The notes beneath the pieces are model-generated. The model had not been told where the DNA came from, did no database searches, and saw only the letters and a list, made by a program, of their open reading frames with translations. From an uncultured Verrucomicrobiota bacterium (GTDB lineage Bacteria > Verrucomicrobiota > Kiritimatiellia > RFP12 > UBA3636): 51,506 nucleotides of DNA. Within the stretch, counting starts at the first letter, position 1. Each line of letters begins with the position of its first letter. Positions 38,210 to 48,252 of this stretch are shown here, one piece after another. Both the position numbers and the translations under genes were made by a program. The DNA lies in the NCBI GenBank assembly GCA_946534105.1, contig CAMNCG010000002.1, forward strand, positions 1 to 51,506. The letters are read 5' to 3'.

Positions 38210-40055
38210 GTTGCTTGCAATCCGAAATGCCCCTACCCTGGGGGCATTTACTCTGACAGGGGGCGGAAGGGGGCGTGGGGGCATTGAGTCTGACAAGGGG
38301 CGGGACGGGGAATGAGGGCGGATCGATGCCCTCCCCGAGGGGAGGGGGCATTTACTTTTGCAAACGCATCGGGCAGAAAGGGGGCGCACCCGGACATCAC
38401 GCCGGGCGAGAGAAAGGAAAGACATGAAGAAACCACGACTGACCGAACGGGACCGGCTCGAGATCGAGCTGGGGCTCAAGGCCGGCAAGACTCCCTACGC
38501 GATCGCCAAGGAGCTGGGCCGGCCCACCAAGTCCGTCGTGCGGGAGATCCGCGCGCGGCTGACGGAAAGCGAGAAGGGCGCCTTCGGGCGCGTGACGAAC
38601 CGGTGCGCGCACCGGATGCAGTGCCAGGCGCGCAAGCTCTGCGCGCACTGCCTCTACGACGGGAACCGGCGCTGCTGCCTGTGCCGGCTGTGCAACCGGG
38701 TCTGCAGGCAGTTCGTCGAGCAGCCCTGCGAGAAGCTCGCGCGCTCTGGGTGTGCAACGGCTGCCGGGACGAGCCGCGGTGCGTGCTGCGCAAAAAGTAC
38801 TACCAGCACGACGCGGCGCAGAAGAACTACCGCGAGGTGCTGGTGCAGACGCGCACGGGCGCCAACTACAGCGAAGCGGAGATCGCGGCGTTCGACGCGA
38901 CGCTGCACGAGCTGCTCCTGAAGGGCCAGTCGGTCCACGCCGCGATGACGAACAACCCGGGCCTGTTCCCGATGTGCGAGAAGACGGTCTACCGCTACAT
39001 CGCCGGAGGGCTGCTGAGCTCGAAAAACCACCACCTGCCCGAGAAGATGAAGCTCAAGCCGCGCAAGGGCAGGAGCGTCGAGCACAAGGTCGACGCCACG
39101 TGCCGGATCGGCCGCACGTACGAGGACTACCAGCGCTTCCTGGCCGAGCATCCCGGCACGCCCGTGGTGGAGATGGACACGGTGGAGGGCGTCAAGGGCG
39201 GCAAGGTGCTGCTCACGCTGCACTTCATGCCGCAGGACTTCATGCTGGCCTTCCTGCTGGAGCGCAAGTGCGCGGCGGCGGTCACGGCGGTCTTCGCCCG
39301 GATCCGGGGGCTCCTGCGCAAGGCGTACGGCGAGAAGGCGGAGGAGATGTTCATGCGGCTGTTTCCGGTGATCCTGACGGACAACGGCACGGAGTTTACC
39401 GACCCGGCCGGGATCGAGAACGACGAGCAGGGGCGCGCGCAGACCAGCCTCTTCTACTGCGACGCGTGCCAGTCGTGGCAGAAGCGCACGTGGAACGCAA
39501 CCACGAGCTGCTGCGCAAGGTGCTGCCCAAGGGCACGGCCTACACCGAGCCGACGAGCTTCGACGGACTCGCGCAGGAGCAGGTCGCGCGGCTGCTCTCG
39601 CACGTCAACGGCTACGTGCGCAAGTCGATCGGCGACCGGACGCCGTGGCAGCTCTTCGCCGAGAGCTTCGGTGCGGAGTGCGCCGCGCTCTTCGGCGTGG
39701 TCGAAATCGCGCCCAACGACGTGTGCCTCAAGCCGTCGCTGCTGGGCATCGAAGTGAGGGTCAAGAAGATGGACTAGAAACCGCGGCAAGACCCGGCGAA
39801 ACATCTCCGGAACCGGGGCCGGAATCGCCACGAAAGAGGTGGGGACATTCACCAGGTCCGAAAAACCAAGAATGCCCGCGCCGCGTCCCGGCATGCACTT
39901 TTCCCGGCCATGAACCGCCGTGACGGGCCACGCGAGGTCCGCCCCCGCCCGAAGACGCCCCGATTTCGGAAGAGGTAAATGTCCTTTTGGAAGTCCGAAA
40001 TGCCCCTACGCCCCCGCCCGCCCCCTTTTTAGGGGCATTTCGGATTGCAAGCAAC
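38210..40055 (+). mobile_element. IS30-like insertion sequence with 26-bp perfect terminal inverted repeats
   Basis: IRL GTTGCTTGCAATCCGAAATGCCCCTA (38210-38235) has its exact reverse complement at 40030-40055. The element encloses the transposase frames. I see no clear target-site duplication. Confidence 0.8.
38424..39777 (+). pseudogene. IS30-family DDE transposase interrupted by two single-nt frameshifts
   Basis: The N-terminal HTH (LTERDRLEIELGLKAGKTPYAIAKELGRPTKSVVREI) plus Cys-rich segment is in frame 0. WVCNGC...VEMDTVEG...ILTDNGTEF...LFYCDACQSWQK is in a second frame, and HVERNHELLRKVLPKG...IGDRTPWQLF is in a third. The frame switches lie near 38745 and 39487. Confidence 0.75.
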
Positions 40056-40194
40056 CACGACCTCGTGTGTGACCAAACTTTTTCGGCGCCATGGCGCGCG
40101 CGGTTCTCCGAATCCCCGCCTCCGGACCGGCCCGGGAACGCCCCCAAAATCGCACCGAATTCTATGTGGGTTCAAGGGACGGACCTCAGCGGAT

Positions 40195-41502
40195 CTATCC
40201 CACGAATGCTCCGCCCGCGCGGAGGCGCGCACGGAGCAGCGAGGGATCCACGTCGGCCACGGCGACATCCGATTCCTTTGCCATTGCGGCGGCGGTGCCG
40301 GCCGCCTCGCCCGTGCAGACGCAAATCGGCATGATGCGGATGGATGCCTGGGCCTCGTGCGTCGCGCCGATGCAGCGCCCCGCGACGACAAGATTGTCGA
40401 ATTCGCGCGGCAGAAGGCTGCGGTAGGGAATCGTGTAGTAAACCCCAGGCGGGAAGTAATAATGGCTCGTCCCGCTGCCATCGGGCGAATGGATGTCGAT
40501 GTCGTAGTTCCCGGCCGCGATGCCGTCGGGGAAATGGGTCCCCGCGACCAGTTCCTCCTGCGTGAGGACGTGGCGGGCCTCGATCATCCGGCTCTCGCGG
40601 ACGCCAATGGAGGCCGCCGTCGAGACGAGGGAGGCGTTCCGGCAACAGTCGAAGTTCTCCTTGAGGAATTGGACCATCTCCAGAACCTGCTCGCGGGCGA
40701 TGGCCTCGGCCTCGGAGACGGAGAAGGCATCGGAAGGATTGTGCTTCACGACGCGCGTCGTGTTGAAGTGAAGAACGCCGGCGATGCGCGTCGGGAAAAC
40801 GAGGACGTTCTCGCGGGGATTACTTATTTTTCCCTCGGCTTGCAACTTCTTGTAGAGGTCGTTGATTTCCTTGTGGTGCTTCCAGAAATCCTCAAAGTCG
40901 ATGTTGCATACGCGGAAGCAGAGCGTCATCGGCTGGCAGAGGGAGTCCGCCGAACGACCCAGGCGGAACGCGACTCCGGCGAATGCCGACAGGGTGGCGT
41001 CGCCCGTGGCGTCGATGAAGGCGTCGGCCGTGAACGTGAGGACGCCGCCGACAGTGGCGAAGGATGCGGAGACGATGCGGCGCCCTTCCGTCCTGACGCC
41101 GCAAAGGGTGGCGTGGAAAAGGACGCGGACGCCGGCCTCGGCCATCTTGCGGTCGAGGATGACCTTTAGCGACTCCTCGCAGAAAACGGGGTTGCCCCAT
41201 TGGTCGCACCCCTCGCCATCTTTGTGGGCACTTGCGCAGAAGAGACCGTCTTCGGTGAGGGCTCCGAGGATTTCCGAGAAAATTCCCTGCGACAGAGCCA
41301 GCCGCCTCTTTTCGCCGTTCTCCTCGATGGTGGTGGAATACGGCATGAAAGGGTTGACGAGGCAGTTCGTGGCAGAACCACCGAGGGCGCTGGCGGCTTC
41401 GACGAGAAGGACGGACAGCCCCCCGCGCGCGCCGGCAATGGCTGCGGCGCAGCCAGCCTGGCCGCCGCCCACCACGACAAGGTCGAAATGCTGCTTACTC
41501 AT
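40195..41502 (-). CDS. FAD-dependent oxidoreductase (PF12831-like)
   Basis: The dinucleotide-binding start is FDLVVVGGGQAGCAAAIAGARGG. The length and the C-terminal RIMPICVCTGEAAG resemble the FAD_oxidored family common in glycan loci. GGAGAAAGG lies upstream of ATG 41502. Confidence 0.75.
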   Translation of the reverse strand: MSKQHFDLVVVGGGQAGCAAAIAGARGGLSVLLVEAASALGGSATNCLVNPFMPYSTTIEENGEKRRLALSQGIFSEILGALTEDGLFCASAHKDGEGCDQWGNPVFCEESLKVILDRKMAEAGVRVLFHATLCGVRTEGRRIVSASFATVGGVLTFTADAFIDATGDATLSAFAGVAFRLGRSADSLCQPMTLCFRVCNIDFEDFWKHHKEINDLYKKLQAEGKISNPRENVLVFPTRIAGVLHFNTTRVVKHNPSDAFSVSEAEAIAREQVLEMVQFLKENFDCCRNASLVSTAASIGVRESRMIEARHVLTQEELVAGTHFPDGIAAGNYDIDIHSPDGSGTSHYYFPPGVYYTIPYRSLLPREFDNLVVAGRCIGATHEAQASIRIMPICVCTGEAAGTAAAMAKESDVAVADVDPSLLRARLRAGGAFVG

Positions 41503-41660
41503 TGCCTTTCTCCACTTTGGGTCCCGCGGGAACGTTTTCGCCGCCGCGGACGTCCGGGCCGGGCGCAACGGCGGATCAACCGCGTTTTTGGAAAATTCTA
41601 TCACATTCACGTTCCGGAGTTTCAAGGGACAGACTTCGGCGGTCCCCGTCGGTCCCGGAT

Positions 41661-42578
41661 CTAGGCGAACCGGAGTTCCAGCGCCTCGCCGATGTAGGTT
41701 CCCGGGCAGACGATTTGCACGGCCGTCGGCGAGAGGCGTTCCTGCCAGAAAAAGTGCGTGTGGCCGCAGAGGACGGCCTTCAGGAGCGGCTGCGCCTTCG
41801 CGTATTCCACGAACGCCTTCGTCGGCGCGTCGGCCCGCTGCTGGACGCGCCGGTCGCGCCAGCGCTCGGCCTCCGGCCAGTCGCGTTCCTTGCGCCACGT
41901 ATCGACAAGGGCGTCCGGCACGCCGGACAAGTATGCGCATACGCCATCCGTCCTGGCCATGACGGCGGCGTAGAGGCCTGGGGTGTAGAGCGGGACGTGG
42001 CACAGGAGCACGATGGGGAGCCCCTTCGCGACCTCCCTCTCCATGAGGGCGAGTTGCGTTTCGGTGAAGTTGTAGTAGACGTTGTCCGCGGCGACGAAGT
42101 TGACGCCGTTCACGACGCGGGAAGCGAAGGAGATGTCGTTGGGCCAGACGGCCGCGACGCGCCCCGCGCTCGCGGCCTTGTATGCCTCGTCCTCCCGCGC
42201 CTCGCCGACGTAGCGCGAAAACTCGTGGTTGCCCACGCATCCGAACCAGTTGTTTTCCGCGAAAATGGCCGCGGCCGCGTCGAAGTTGGCCTCGCTTGTG
42301 AAGTCGATCAGGTCGCCCGCGTGGAGCAGCAGGTCGGGTCGCCTTTCGCGCGCCCGCGCCAGCGCCTCGCGCAAAAACCGCTCCGCGTCGCGGAACTCCC
42401 CCTGCCGCCTGGCGGCGGCGAGGGCGTTCTTGCGTCCGTTGTCGTGCGCGTCGCAAAGCGTGAGGTGCGTGTCGGCCAGAAACAGCGCCGTGAACGGCGC
42501 TTCCGCGCCAACCGAGACTTCAATGCTCCTGACCACAAATGGCGGCCGGGACGCATTTGCCGATGGATTGTTCGCCAT
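41661..42578 (-). CDS. metallophosphoesterase
   Basis: The ordered family motifs are FLADTHL, HAGDLIDF, GNHEF, LLCHVPL and GHTHFF. ATG 42578 (GGAGA upstream) is preferred to TTG 42587. Confidence 0.8.
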   Translation of the reverse strand: MANNPSANASRPPFVVRSIEVSVGAEAPFTALFLADTHLTLCDAHDNGRKNALAAARRQGEFRDAERFLREALARARERRPDLLLHAGDLIDFTSEANFDAAAAIFAENNWFGCVGNHEFSRYVGEAREDEAYKAASAGRVAAVWPNDISFASRVVNGVNFVAADNVYYNFTETQLALMEREVAKGLPIVLLCHVPLYTPGLYAAVMARTDGVCAYLSGVPDALVDTWRKERDWPEAERWRDRRVQQRADAPTKAFVEYAKAQPLLKAVLCGHTHFFWQERLSPTAVQIVCPGTYIGEALELRFA

Positions 42579-42609
42579 GGTATTCAATCTCCATTTGCGA
42601 ATCGGTGGG

Positions 42610-45129
42610 TTATTCGACGATTGGGCTTGCGTCTTCCCCCGGTCTCACAACCTTGACGTTCCTCACCCATAGCGTGCATTGCGTGCCTTTGGGGTTTGCG
42701 CCCAGCCGGATTGCCGTCACCTTCCCAAGCCGCAAGTCCGAGTCAAGAGTGATCCGCCGCTTCTCCCATTCGCCGATGGGTGAGCGGAATCCGCGGCGCC
42801 TCGCCGGCTCGACAGGGTCGGCGTACAGGAACCAGAGAATGGATGATTTGAAGTCGTTCTCCACCTTGTTCTGCGCACTCTTTACCTCAAACTCGATGGC
42901 CTGCGCCCCGGCAAGACTTTCCTCCGGCAGCTTGAGCCTGTAAGTCGGGTAGAACCAGCGGTCGGTGCCGGAGTTCTTCCATGCCGCGTCGAAGCGCACG
43001 GCCTGCTCGGCTTCGTCCCACGAGACCTTGAAGGTGTCGGCCGAGGCGTATCTGCTCCATTCTTTCGGATCGGCGCACCCAAGCGGCACCTCAATGCAAC
43101 CCGCGAGCAGCCTTTTCTCGAAGCAGACCGGCATCGCGAAGCGGCTTGAACGCCTGCCTCCGAATACGCCCGTGAAGACGGCCTGGGCGAAGATGCCGCT
43201 CCCGTCGGAGGGCACCAGCTCGCAGTCGAAGGCGGCGGGCGGAGTGCCGCGCGGCCCCAGCACAATTTGCTCCGTTGGCAGACCCTTTAGATTGACGCCC
43301 GCCACTTCCAAGCGCCCGGTCTTGGCACAGTCATCCATGTTCCAGACTTCAAGGTGCAGACGGCCCGAATCGCCCTTGACGACTGCGCGGGACTTCATGT
43401 CCGCGATGGCGAAGTCGTTCGTGTTCAGATCGGCCCTAATGATGACGGACAAATCCTCGTCGGCCTTTGGCGCGTATGGCCGCGCCTCGCCGCGCGGATG
43501 CGGCGTGACGTCAGCCTTCAGGCCGTGCAGTCCCGACACGTATGCCGGAAACCGCGTGGTTTCCAGTTCAAGCGCCCCGTTCTCCGACTTCACCGTCGAG
43601 ACTGTCCCGCAGAGGTCGGACAGCCTGTAGGCGCCATCCGCGACGGGGAGAGTCATCTTCATCGCGAAATCGGGCGTCGGCTTGACCACGCCGCTTTTTG
43701 CCGTGTCCAGCGGCGAGACCGACCAGAACGCAACGGTCTGCGATCCGTCAGGCTGGCTGAACAAATATGCCTTCACACCTTCGCCTACCTTCACCTCGCC
43801 TTCGAGCCGCGCGGAGACGAGTTCGCGGGTCATCGTGCTGATGGCGGCGTAAACTGGTTTGACAGTGCCGTCGCGGCGGAGGACGCCCCAGTCCTTGATG
43901 CCTTTGCGCTCGTTCATTGCCGCGAACACGAAGAAGTAGTTTCTGGTCACGCCCTCCATCTGGTATTCTATTTGCGACTTTGGGTAGAACTCCGCCAGGA
44001 CGAGTTCCTGTTCGGGGGAGTGGGCCATGTTCCCCTTTTGGAGACCTGGCGTGTCCGACTCCCCTTCCAGGTTGGTCCCCGACTCCGTGATCCATATCGG
44101 AAAGTCGCCGAAGCCGTGTTCCGCAAGCACATCGCGGTTCGCCGAGACCATTCGTCGGTAGTCTGCGGGCGGTTCGTACCAGTGGCGGTTGAACGCCTCG
44201 CAGAACTTCGCGGCGTCGTTGTCGAAAAAGGTGCGCATCCAGACTCCGCCCGGTTCGCTGAAGAGGCCGCCGTGCAGGACGGTGGTTTCCGGCCACCCCG
44301 CCTTGAATCCGAGATACGCGGCCTTCAGCGCCGCCGCATAGTCCCAGGGGACCCAGCTCCCGTTCTGCTCGTTCCAGAACTCCCAGTCGCCCATCCTGTC
44401 GCCGAATTCGGCGGCTGTCCTCGCGCAAAACTCGAACACGGCGTTCAGGTCTGTCGGGAAGCGGTTTTTGAGGCCGGCCCACTTGGGCGCGTCATGGAAC
44501 ACCCCGGAAATGAGAATGCCGCGCTCGCGCAGCAGGTCGGCGTTGCGCATGTAGAGGGACTGCCCGTATTTCAGCGAACCCGGTTCGGGATACACGTCGC
44601 GAATGCGCAGGCGCTCGCGGACGTGCGGCACGCCTGCGAGGCGGATGAGGTCGCTCACGGTGCGGAACGTGTCCCCGCCGTTCCACGGGCAGAGGAACGC
44701 GTCTTTCCCCGAAAGCCAGCTCATCGCCGAGTCAACGCCGTAAAACGAGCCGTGGTCCATTACGCGGCTCGCCGGGTCCGGCACGACGGCCAATGTGGTC
44801 GCATTCGTGCCGCTCCTCAAGTGGTAGTAGCCCATGGGCAGCGCCGGGAGGACGGCGGCGCCGTCCTCCCGCCATTCGGCGGACGCCTTCACGGGCCGCC
44901 CGCGCCAGTCTGTGATGGAGAGCGGCTCCCCAGGCGTTGCGCCGCGCGCGACTGGATGGTCGCCCTCGACGCAGACATGGCCGGGGGCGTCAAGCAGGAT
45001 GCGCCCCGGCGGCGGCGAGACCTTTTCCGCGCCGGCTTCCCCGGCAGGCGCCTGCCCCTGCGCGTGCAGCGACGCGGCGACGAGGCCGAAAACGACGGAA
45101 AGGAGGGACGCACAGTCGCGGGCAGTCAT
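42610..45129 (-). CDS. secreted glycoside hydrolase, clan GH-A-like TIM barrel plus C-terminal beta-rich region
   Basis: The signal peptide is MTARDCASLLSVVFGLVAASLHAQG. The candidate acid/base is EFWNEQN and the candidate nucleophile PIWITESGT. I cannot assign the family by eye. The alternative GTG start is at 45138. Confidence 0.6.
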   Translation of the reverse strand: MTARDCASLLSVVFGLVAASLHAQGQAPAGEAGAEKVSPPPGRILLDAPGHVCVEGDHPVARGATPGEPLSITDWRGRPVKASAEWREDGAAVLPALPMGYYHLRSGTNATTLAVVPDPASRVMDHGSFYGVDSAMSWLSGKDAFLCPWNGGDTFRTVSDLIRLAGVPHVRERLRIRDVYPEPGSLKYGQSLYMRNADLLRERGILISGVFHDAPKWAGLKNRFPTDLNAVFEFCARTAAEFGDRMGDWEFWNEQNGSWVPWDYAAALKAAYLGFKAGWPETTVLHGGLFSEPGGVWMRTFFDNDAAKFCEAFNRHWYEPPADYRRMVSANRDVLAEHGFGDFPIWITESGTNLEGESDTPGLQKGNMAHSPEQELVLAEFYPKSQIEYQMEGVTRNYFFVFAAMNERKGIKDWGVLRRDGTVKPVYAAISTMTRELVSARLEGEVKVGEGVKAYLFSQPDGSQTVAFWSVSPLDTAKSGVVKPTPDFAMKMTLPVADGAYRLSDLCGTVSTVKSENGALELETTRFPAYVSGLHGLKADVTPHPRGEARPYAPKADEDLSVIIRADLNTNDFAIADMKSRAVVKGDSGRLHLEVWNMDDCAKTGRLEVAGVNLKGLPTEQIVLGPRGTPPAAFDCELVPSDGSGIFAQAVFTGVFGGRRSSRFAMPVCFEKRLLAGCIEVPLGCADPKEWSRYASADTFKVSWDEAEQAVRFDAAWKNSGTDRWFYPTYRLKLPEESLAGAQAIEFEVKSAQNKVENDFKSSILWFLYADPVEPARRRGFRSPIGEWEKRRITLDSDLRLGKVTAIRLGANPKGTQCTLWVRNVKVVRPGEDASPIVE

Positions 45130-45138
45130 TTCCGTCAC

Positions 45139-48078
45139 CTATCTGAAGACCATTACTGTCGCGGAGCCGGGAACGCAGAGCACGCCCGTGCCGCCGGCAT
45201 CGAAGAGGTCGGCCCGCACAAACTGCGCGCCGCTTCCCGCCGCGCCGTAGGTCCCAACCGGCATCTTCACGCCGTCGACCCATAGTGAACCCACGCGCTG
45301 GCTCACGCCAGCCGCGAGCTTGATCTTGCCGTAGGCGCCGTCCGTCTCCTCGAACTTCACGACCGTCTGCTTGCCGAAGGTGTTGGAATGCTCGATTTCC
45401 AGCGTTCCGCCGCGCACCGTCACTTCGCTGCAGTTCGGCCAGCCGGCGTTCGTTGCGGGACGCGCCACGGACGTCGCGGACTCGCTCCCGATGCTCGTCA
45501 CGAGCGCGTCGCCGCTCGCGGACGGGAACACGAGCCGCCCCTGCACGACTTCAAGCCGCCCGGTCGTCGAAGAGACCGTCATCATGTAGCGCGGCCAGTC
45601 GGCCGACTTGCCGTTGAAGACGAGTCCCGCGCCGCCGGCCCACGTCGCGTAGTCGGCGCGGGTTTTCTTGGCCGTGGCCGAAGCCCACGTACTGTCGTCG
45701 TTGAGCGTCATCCTGGCGTCCGCCGCGCTCGTCACCGTGCCGCCGTCGGCGTAGAGAATCTGGAGAGACTGGTCGTTGCCGTAAAGGTCGAGGACGGCGT
45801 TGCCCGTCATGAAGAAGCGTCCGCCTTGGGCTTCGCTCGTCGCAGAGCCATTGTACACAAAAGTCCCCGCAGGGACGAGGAAGTCCTTCAGCGCATACGG
45901 CACCAGTGTCCGGATCGTCCCGCTCTGGAAGGGGCCGTATCCGTCGGTAGTCGTCCACGGGTTCGCATATCCCAGGCAGTTTCCCTCGGCGTTGAGTTCA
46001 ATGACTGCAGTGGAGTCAAAATTTTTCGGCAAGAAACTGTTTCTGGCAAGGAACGGCTTGTTGAATCGCACCCGCGCGTTGGCACCGATTCCGCTGAAGT
46101 ATGTCGAGCCGCAGTTGAGGAACCCGCCATTGAATGTGACGTCCGCGTTCGCCGCGAAGTTCAGCCGCCATGAGATGTTGGTGTTATGCAGGAATCCGTT
46201 CATCACGATGGGCGCGCCGCCCTTGAACTTGACTAGTGTATTGATTAAATCCTGGTAGCCGGCCGAAGACTCGTTGTATAGGAAGATGTCGGCATTGTTC
46301 GTGACTCCGGCGGCAATGTTGACCGTGTTTCTTTGCTTGAAGCCGACCTGGAAGTTCTTCGGACCAAGCGAGGCGTTCACGTTGAAGGTCGAGTTCGTGC
46401 TGCTTACCGACACTGCCGTCGCGTCGGTCCCTGACGCGAACGGCGCGTTGAAATTGACCGTCGCGCCGTTGCTGAAGTTCCAAGTCTGCGGCGCCGTTGC
46501 CGCCACGGGCGCGTCGATGGAATACGTGCCGTTGCCGCCGCGGATGCCGCCCGAACCGAGCCACAGCTCCTTGCCGGCTGCTGCGCCGATCGCGAACGAG
46601 GAAACGCTGGTGAGGTCGAATCCGTCGAGCCATGCGTTGTCCTCGGCCGTGAAGCCCGCGCCGCCGGTGGCGGTCACAAAGGCGCTGCCGTCCGTGAGCG
46701 TCGGCGCCGCGCCAGACCAGTTCGCGGCCGTGCCGCTGAGCGTGTCGGCACCAGCTCCCGTCCACGTGGCGGAAGTCTGCGCCGCCGCAGCGAGGCCGAC
46801 GGCGACATATCCCGCGCCGTCGATCCACGACGCCTCAGTGCTGCCGAGAATCGAGGTCGCCCCTGCGCCGTGGTAGAGACCGGACGCAACCGCCGCGCCA
46901 TCGACCATCACGGCCGAAGCCGTCATCTTCACGCCCGATGCGAGCGCGACCTTGCCGCCGTTCGAGAGCGCGATTGTCGCCGAGGGCATCTGAAAGCCGC
47001 CGGTCGTCTCCACGCGGAAGCGCGAGTTCGCGCCATCGACGTTCACGCGCGACAGATTCGGGAAGCGCGCGCCGTCGCATGCGCGGACCACGCCGTTGGA
47101 GATGGCGATGAGACCCGTCGTCTGGTGCGTCGCCTTCTTGAAGGAGAAGGTGTAGTTAGCGGCGGCCGGGTTCCACACGAGACCCGCCGAGCCGTAGAAC
47201 GTCCCGGTGAAAGCCATGTCCTCGACCCTCGGAGTCCCGGTAAAGGTTATGTTGTGACCATAGGACGACGTCACGCCGTGCGCCGTGTTGTCAACGCACT
47301 CGGCCTCCGACAGGACACCGTCCTCGACGAAGTAGCCGTAATTCGTGAAGGTCCTTGACTTGTCGTTGTTGTTCAGCGTGCGTGTTCCGAGCTGGAGACG
47401 CAGGCCGGGGTCGTTTGAGTCGAAACGGAACTCCTTGATCTTCCCGTATTGGAAGCCGAACGTCCCACCGCGCAGCAGTACCGTCGCCGTGTTGCAGGGC
47501 AGGTCGTATTTGTCGTGCGTATTGGCGATGAATATTCCGGGGCCGTCCTTGACGATTGTGGCGGTTGTCCCCGTCACGCGCCTCCAGTCCAGCTTGAGCG
47601 TCTTGCCGGACGCTATGCTCACCGTGTTTGTCCCGCTGCATACGACATTGCATGTCCAGGTCGAGCCTGCGGCGGGGTCCTCGAAGACGATGAAGCCGCC
47701 GTCCGCAAGTTTCAGTTCTGACTGCTTGATCGCTTGCTGTCCCTTTTCATATCGGACGCCGCCGAATTTTGTGCTTGTTATTTTGTTGATGCCGATGCCT
47801 TGGCTGTTGTGGGCGTAGTCGCTTGAAAAGACTATGATGTCGCCGTTTTGCGGGACGCCCTGCGACTTCGTGACGAGGTTCGTCCAGTTAACGGCGAGGC
47901 TCGCGTCATAGCCCCAGTCGCTTGCATTGCCACTACCGGCGGGAGTTGTGTTCAGTCCCGTCCAGTACCAGGTGTCGGACGCTGTTGCGGGTATTGCGGC
48001 GGCCAGCGCTGCGGTGATAGCGAGCGCGGCGGCGGTGGTTGCGGTTTTGGGCACCAGGCGCCAATTCGGTTTGTTCAT
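45139..48078 (-). CDS. large secreted beta-helix / autotransporter-associated beta-strand-repeat-like protein
   Basis: AAGGAGA lies upstream of ATG 48078. The signal peptide is ...TAAALAITAALAAAIPATA. The 979-aa product is G/T/N/A-rich and repetitive, with motifs such as GGTLEI and GTGVLCV. I see no obvious beta-barrel or sorting signal. Confidence 0.5.
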   Translation of the reverse strand: MNKPNWRLVPKTATTAAALAITAALAAAIPATASDTWYWTGLNTTPAGSGNASDWGYDASLAVNWTNLVTKSQGVPQNGDIIVFSSDYAHNSQGIGINKITSTKFGGVRYEKGQQAIKQSELKLADGGFIVFEDPAAGSTWTCNVVCSGTNTVSIASGKTLKLDWRRVTGTTATIVKDGPGIFIANTHDKYDLPCNTATVLLRGGTFGFQYGKIKEFRFDSNDPGLRLQLGTRTLNNNDKSRTFTNYGYFVEDGVLSEAECVDNTAHGVTSSYGHNITFTGTPRVEDMAFTGTFYGSAGLVWNPAAANYTFSFKKATHQTTGLIAISNGVVRACDGARFPNLSRVNVDGANSRFRVETTGGFQMPSATIALSNGGKVALASGVKMTASAVMVDGAAVASGLYHGAGATSILGSTEASWIDGAGYVAVGLAAAAQTSATWTGAGADTLSGTAANWSGAAPTLTDGSAFVTATGGAGFTAEDNAWLDGFDLTSVSSFAIGAAAGKELWLGSGGIRGGNGTYSIDAPVAATAPQTWNFSNGATVNFNAPFASGTDATAVSVSSTNSTFNVNASLGPKNFQVGFKQRNTVNIAAGVTNNADIFLYNESSAGYQDLINTLVKFKGGAPIVMNGFLHNTNISWRLNFAANADVTFNGGFLNCGSTYFSGIGANARVRFNKPFLARNSFLPKNFDSTAVIELNAEGNCLGYANPWTTTDGYGPFQSGTIRTLVPYALKDFLVPAGTFVYNGSATSEAQGGRFFMTGNAVLDLYGNDQSLQILYADGGTVTSAADARMTLNDDSTWASATAKKTRADYATWAGGAGLVFNGKSADWPRYMMTVSSTTGRLEVVQGRLVFPSASGDALVTSIGSESATSVARPATNAGWPNCSEVTVRGGTLEIEHSNTFGKQTVVKFEETDGAYGKIKLAAGVSQRVGSLWVDGVKMPVGTYGAAGSGAQFVRADLFDAGGTGVLCVPGSATVMVFR

Positions 48079-48252
48079 GTTTTCTCCTTTGGGGTTAGGG
48101 GTGAGTGGGCGAGTTAAAAGGTTGAAAAGGTGAAAGGTTGAAAAGTTGGAAGATTCAAAATGCAGAGCTTCTCTGCGGTCTCTGCGGCTCTGCGTGAGAC
48201 AAATTTGCATTGCAGATTGATGAACAATGAAGATTGAAGATTTGTGAACATT

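Noticed and set aside
38099-38488. Minus-strand ORFs (38099..38488, 38248..38436) and the upstream 83 codons of the 37026..38351 ORF.
   Set aside because: They run across the IS left end and its terminal repeat. The PfkB similarity starts at ATG 38102.
38207-40058. Target-site duplication flanking the IS30-like element.
   Set aside because: The bases immediately outside the 26-bp IRs (..ccccct | cacgac..) do not repeat. I therefore cannot support a TSD or date the insertion.
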